The notes below the pieces were generated by a model, which was not told the origin of the DNA, searched no databases, and saw nothing but the letters and a program-made list of their open reading frames with translations. From contig NW_005434642.1 of the NCBI RefSeq assembly GCF_000315625.1, positions 647,744 through 701,267 on the forward strand: a stretch of DNA of 53,524 nucleotides, in the 5' to 3' direction. Source of the stretch: Guillardia theta CCMP2712. Lineage: Eukaryota > Protista > Cryptophyta. The position numbers were made by a program, and so were the translations under genes. Below, in pieces: positions 48,644 through 53,524 of this stretch. Within the stretch, counting starts at the first letter, position 1. Each line of letters opens with the position of its first letter.

Positions 48644-50105
48644 TGCCACCGGAGCAGGGGGAACGGGGGGGGGGGCCGGGGGGGCTCGCGCCGCACCAAT
48701 CTACGTGGTCGCCCTCTCCGTACTTGCAGGCTCTTCCACCTGAGTCACCCGACGGTTAGTTCAGAGCTCTTTACTCAAAGTTAAGTTAAAATCAGTACGA
48801 GGACAATAAGGAGAAGAGAGGAGGCTTGACCCTGACACTGCCGCACAAGCCGAACGGCGAGAAGAGAAAAGACAGCGAGCCTCGGAGAACCAACCCTCAT
48901 CCTGCCCACTGCTGTCCCTCAAACTTAACTGATACCTTCACTTAACCCCGGCGCGCAGGCCATTCCCCCGCGCCATGTCACCGATGTCGCTGTGGCCGCC
49001 GCCGAAGGAATGAGACGCATATCTGTACGCACCCGCAATGATGGCAGCATAGGACAGGGAGGCCTTGAGCTGACGAAAGATCCTGGACCAGAGACTCTGT
49101 GTATCACAGTGAGGTGCCAGGCGGAGGCCGCCGAGGCCGCGGCAGTCACGGGCTGGCACGGTGGTCCTTCAAGACTTCAAGGAGTTCGTCGGGGGCCGGT
49201 TAGGCAGTGGCAGGCCTCGGCCCTGAAACTTGAAACATTCAAGCCTCTCGTCATCAGCGGCTCATCACAGAGTCATGGCCTCGGGCGACTCCCGGACGAA
49301 GATGCAGACTGACCGGGCGGAATCTCTCTCAATAAATCAGTTCACTGCCAAGTCAGCTGCAGGCCAGTGGACCTGACATGATCGGACTCAGTAAAACCCG
49401 ATCCTTCGAATGGAACGCCGGGACGAGGCTACCAAGGATGCCTACAACTTCCGGAACTTCATTCTGCCAACTTCCTCTCGTCTTACCGCCGGGGTTTCGA
49501 CACTGCATAGAAAGTCCACGGCCAGCTTCTTCGCAGACCTCAGCCGACATTCTCGACCCCCTGAGGCAGTCCCCTGTTCTCTCGCCTGGATGCCAGGGTA
49601 ACACTTCTCCGGGCTCATGGCAGCTACACAGTGGAGGCGGCTCTATCCCCCAGAGTCAGCAAGTCAACCTTCGAGCCCACTGTTCGCCGGAACGGTTCCG
49701 GGGGCCCCCCGGGCAGTGGAGCCCTGCGGCACTGACGCGGCCAGTGCCCCATCATGCCGGGCCCATCCACTGAGCCTCGCACGAGGGACAGTCGATCGCT
49801 TCACAGAGTCAGCCTCCATCGTTGATGAAGTGGGGTCAGTGGTTCTGGCTCGGACTTCATTGCCTTGCCTGCCGTCGCCGCTTGCGTGGTTGGAGTAGCG
49901 GTTTTGCTGCCTCCTTCGTTTCCTAGTATTTTCTCGAGGCGGAGTTGTAGGTTTTCTCCTAAGTTTTCCTCCTTGCTTGCTCCCGGTTTGGTTTTCCCGG
50001 TTTTTCAGTCAATGATCTGACAGACGGGCCAACCCCTAGTGTGGGAATTAAAACTGGTACAAATATTTAGTTAAATACCCCCCCTCCTTTCCTCATCGCG
50101 CCTCC

Positions 50106-51660
50106 ATGCAGAGCGTTCGGGGCGGCGGGGGATTTAGGGGGTGCTGCATGCCATGGCAGGGTGTCACGAGAAAATTCAAATCAAAGTTTTGGCGGGCAAA
50201 GCTATGTTGCACCACACCATGGGCAGGCCCGGCGAGGCCTCCAGCGAAGAAAACATGCACATCATGCCACAGACGAAGAGAGATGACCAGTATTCGAAAG
50301 TGCCGCATGTTGCAAGGTTCAAAAAACAAAACACTTGCAATGATCTTGAGCAGATCTTGCTCTCTAAATGGGATGATGCCTTGGTTTTCAAGCTGTTGGA
50401 TTTCTTGCGATGTCATGGCCATGCAACTTTATCTGTGGAGTGTGAAGACTAGAATCTTTTAGCTGAGTTCAGCGACCCAGAACCTCAAGTGGAATCTTCG
50501 TTCTGTATCTTTGTTTGAAATCCAGAACAAACTAAAGGTCCTCGGAGATGTCTATGGGCATACATCAGAAGGATTTTCGAGATTGTTTCTCCAGCACTAC
50601 ATGCAGGTTTTCGAACAACAAGCATCTGGTAAATCACATGGAGGCACAAAGGTCATTTATGAGCACTTGAATCAACTTCGTACACGTATTTGCAACATTC
50701 GCAGGAAGAATGGAAACCTTCTTTCTCGAATGGAAGAATGGTCTACTGGTCACTTCGTGGATTTACACACCTCAGCAAGGAATTGTACAGATGGATGTTG
50801 CCGAGATGACTCAGAGAAATCAAACAGTTTGTTTTGCAGTTGTGACAGAACCAGGCCATATGGCAAGTTCAAAAGAAGAAGACGCTACGATGCAACACGA
50901 GCAAGAGGCCGAGAGCGACCCTGAAAGAGATGTTTTGCAGGCTTCAAATATTTTGCAGACGGTATGGATATGAAGAAGTTCTTTCATTGGCCAACCACAA
51001 TGACGAGAAGGAGGAAACATTCACTCCTTGGGAGATGGAGCGAAGAATAGCTGATGGACTAAATGACTTTGATGAACACAAGATCCGCTTTAGATTCGAC
51101 GAATGGTTATCCAATCCCCGGTCCTCTCTCCAGTTACGAACAAGTTGTTTTTCTCGCCGTGCATCAATCACTTGTTGAATTGGATCAGGGAAGTCGCAGT
51201 CATCATCAAGCGAAGCGATGATGGGGCATAAAGCTTACAGCGATATCGCCAAGAAGAATCCTGCTTGGATGACTCAGATGGAAGTCGACGGGACCGCCGA
51301 TCCACAATCGGTGGATATCATGCTGAAGATGTTCAGTGACAAGGCCATCAGTCTACTAAAGGCAGAAGGACATGAAGCGACAGCAAGAATGGCAGAGGCT
51401 ATGTCTGGCCTGCACAAAGCATTCGATGAAAGAGTGCTGAAAGTTTCAGAGAGGATACGTCTCGTTCACGAGGGTCGATGGCTATTGGAAGGCATCGACT
51501 GGACCAATGTCAGCCACAAATATGTCAAGGGACTATCCTCTGTAATATTTGAAGGCTTCATAGTTGCAATTGATACTCATCTGCAAGTAAAGCAGTATGT
51601 GAGGGATAAGAATCAAGCGCTGGGTAATAGAGACTATGACTTCAACTTGCCAAGAGGAAC
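50106..51660 (+). mobile_element. Decayed P-element/THAP9-like DNA transposase (frameshifted)
   Basis: Staggered intronless ORFs in different frames. C-x2-H motif CINHLLNWIRE at 51160; DPQSVDIMLKMFS...EATARM...AFDER...KGLSSVIFEGFIVAIDT resembles the P-like insertion and RNase H regions. Confidence 0.55.
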
Positions 51661-51689
51661 AAGGATCCGCATCGCAAGGAGGAAGAGGG

Positions 51690-52475
51690 GGAGCAGCTGC
51701 GCAAAGAGAAGGAGCAGCTCCGCAAGAAGGAGGAGGAGCTGCGCAAGAAGGAGGAGCAGCTGCGCAAGAAGGAGGAGCAGCTCCGCAAGAAAAAGGAGGA
51801 GAGCTTCGCAAGGAGAAGGAGGAGGAGCAGCTTCGCAAGAAGGAGGAGGACGAGCTTCGTAAGGAGAAGGAGGAGCAGCTTCGCAAGAAGGAGGAGGAGC
51901 TTCGCAAGGAGAAGAATGAGCAGCTTCGCAAGGAGAAGGAGGAGCAGCTGCGCAAGGAGAAGGAGGAGCAGCTGCGCAAGAAGGAGGAGGAGCAGCTGCG
52001 CAAGAAGGAGGAGGAGCAGCTGCGCAAGAAGGAGGAGCAGCTTCGCAAGGAGAAGGAGGAGGCCCAGCTTCGCAAGAAGGAGGAGGAGCAGCTTCGCAAG
52101 GAGAAGGAGCAGCTCCGCAAGGAGAATGAGGAGGAGCTTCGCAAAAAGGAGGAGCAGCTTCGCAAGAAGGAGGAGCAGCTTTTCGCAAGGAGGAGGAGCA
52201 GCTTCGCAAGGAGAAGGAGGAGCAGCTTCGCAAGAAGGTGGAGCAGCTTCGCAAGAAGGAGGCCCAGCTTTGCAAGGAGAACCTGGTTTTGAGGCAGATT
52301 CCGTCATCTGTAGAGCGAGGGATAGCTTGGGAGGAGTCAGAGGCAGGGCTTGATCGCATGGGCTTTTGCGAGCAGAGAAAGTGCTTCCGCCTCGATAGCT
52401 CGTACTTATCGATGGATGCAAGCGATGTCAGCAACCAGGAGCTCTTTCTCTACTGCCGAGAAGCCTTCACGAAAA
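51690..52475 (+). pseudogene. Truncated N-terminal part of a Crinkler-like gene: (EEQLRK[E]K)n coiled coil + LFLYCREAF
   Basis: More than 20 degenerate GAGCAGCT[T/G]CGCAAG units with frameshifts, then unique LDSSYL...LFLYCREAF that stops abruptly in AT-rich DNA. Confidence 0.5.
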
Positions 52476-53018
52476 TTTATGGGATATGTATTTGTATGAT
52501 ATAAACTTCCATAAAATCTGGTTCAACCCGAAAACCGGATACATAATAAATAAAGATAGCATGCTGTCACATACGAGTAGAGCTGCTTGAACTTGTTGAA
52601 GTTGCAGTGTACAACCTTCACCGTCGTGTCAATGATGATGCAAGGAAAGAAGAGCGGAAAGGGGCGACCTTTCCATCGAGTCCTGCTGCAGCCTGCCGCC
52701 ATGGAGTACCCTCAACGGACAAACGCTCGAGTGTGCCTTGCGCCGGCGCGAGCACGAATTAAGTCATCTGGGCGCCAGCTTCAATGACAAGTAGGCACTT
52801 GGCTCTCAGCCTCGGCATGGAAGGAGACGGATGATGAAGAACTGCTGCGTCTCGATTGGAACAACATGACCAGTGAAAGCCTTTGCTTGACATGTCCAAG
52901 ACTTTACTCTTCACAAACATCAGCCGCATAACTGTGAAGGGGTTTGGCTACCTCCATGCGTGCCTCAAGAAACGATGTTCTTCGGCATGTGACCTCTCCT
53001 CTCTAAGGATCTCCCTGA

Positions 53019-53524
53019 CTATAAGATAGAAATCCCTGCTACTTCTGCTTGCATTGCCTCCTCTCCTCTCTTCCATCCGTAATCCTTTAGCGCCCCGCTG
53101 TCTTCGATGGGTTTGATCTCAAACCTTGCAAGCTCCTCAACCGGAATCAGGAAAACAACCTCCACCTTCCACTCCCCACCTTCCGGGATGTTAAGCGCTT
53201 TCAGAGCCTTCAAGAAGAAAGAGAGTTTGAAAGAGTGTTTCTGTGCGATCGTTGCTTGTACAAACATCACCTTCCGCTTCTCTTTGTCGACCATCACTGC
53301 GTCATAGCCCCCCTGAAACGCGCTAATGGGCCTCAAGCACGTATTTTGCGCAGGAAGCGTCTTGATCCCTTGCAATGATGAGAAATTCACCACAAGACAT
53401 CGATCCCAGCTCTCGGTCTGTCTCGGGCCACGGTAAGTCACACTCAACCCTGTTTGTTCCATCTTCTTGAAGAAAAGCATCTCGAAAAGACTTCCCTTCA
53501 CGCCCGGATTTCCATAGCCATAAC
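53019..53524 (-). CDS. C-terminal restriction-endonuclease-like (PD-(D/E)xK) domain of a Crinkler-like protein, 5'-truncated by the window edge
   Basis: GSLFEMLFF...LRPISAFQGGYDAVMVD...VMFVQATIAQKHSFKL...VEVVFLIP; intronless. Confidence 0.7.
   Translation of the reverse strand, partial: YGYGNPGVKGSLFEMLFFKKMEQTGLSVTYRGPRQTESWDRCLVVNFSSLQGIKTLPAQNTCLRPISAFQGGYDAVMVDKEKRKVMFVQATIAQKHSFKLSFFLKALKALNIPEGGEWKVEVVFLIPVEELARFEIKPIEDSGALKDYGWKRGEEAMQAEVAGISIL

Noticed and set aside
1-53524. rRNA, tRNA or snRNA genes; intact retroelement or viral hallmark genes
   Set aside because: None recognised by eye; tRNAscan/Infernal not run, so small RNAs cannot be excluded.

Overview
Gene-dense eukaryotic nuclear DNA. 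It has many short spliceosomal introns (about 43-75 nt, several GC-AG), longer introns filled with microsatellites, and odd intergenic blocks; the style suggests a cryptophyte such as Guillardia or Hanusia (inference). Hand splicing supports about 14 protein genes in 3-46 kb. Several have unusual signalling architectures: a class I cyclic-nucleotide PDE fused to a complete EEP domain; a CaMK1-like kinase followed by a cNMP-binding domain and a polybasic CaaX tail; a single-domain 6TM cation channel (filter TGDSWAS) with an N-terminal PH domain and EF-hands; a signal-peptide PP2C/TPR/kinase fusion; and a DUF4214-repeat/MGAT2-like glycosyltransferase. Other genes are PDI-like, DUF3593+DUF2499 (Ycf49-like), NHL, BIR, PDZ, EsV-1-7-repeat and dynein roadblock. 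The last ~7.5 kb is an accessory zone with direct repeats, a decayed P/THAP9-like transposase and Crinkler-like fragments. Most ORFs in the track are artefacts of simple repeats or antisense frames. Family assignments come from motif recognition, not searches.
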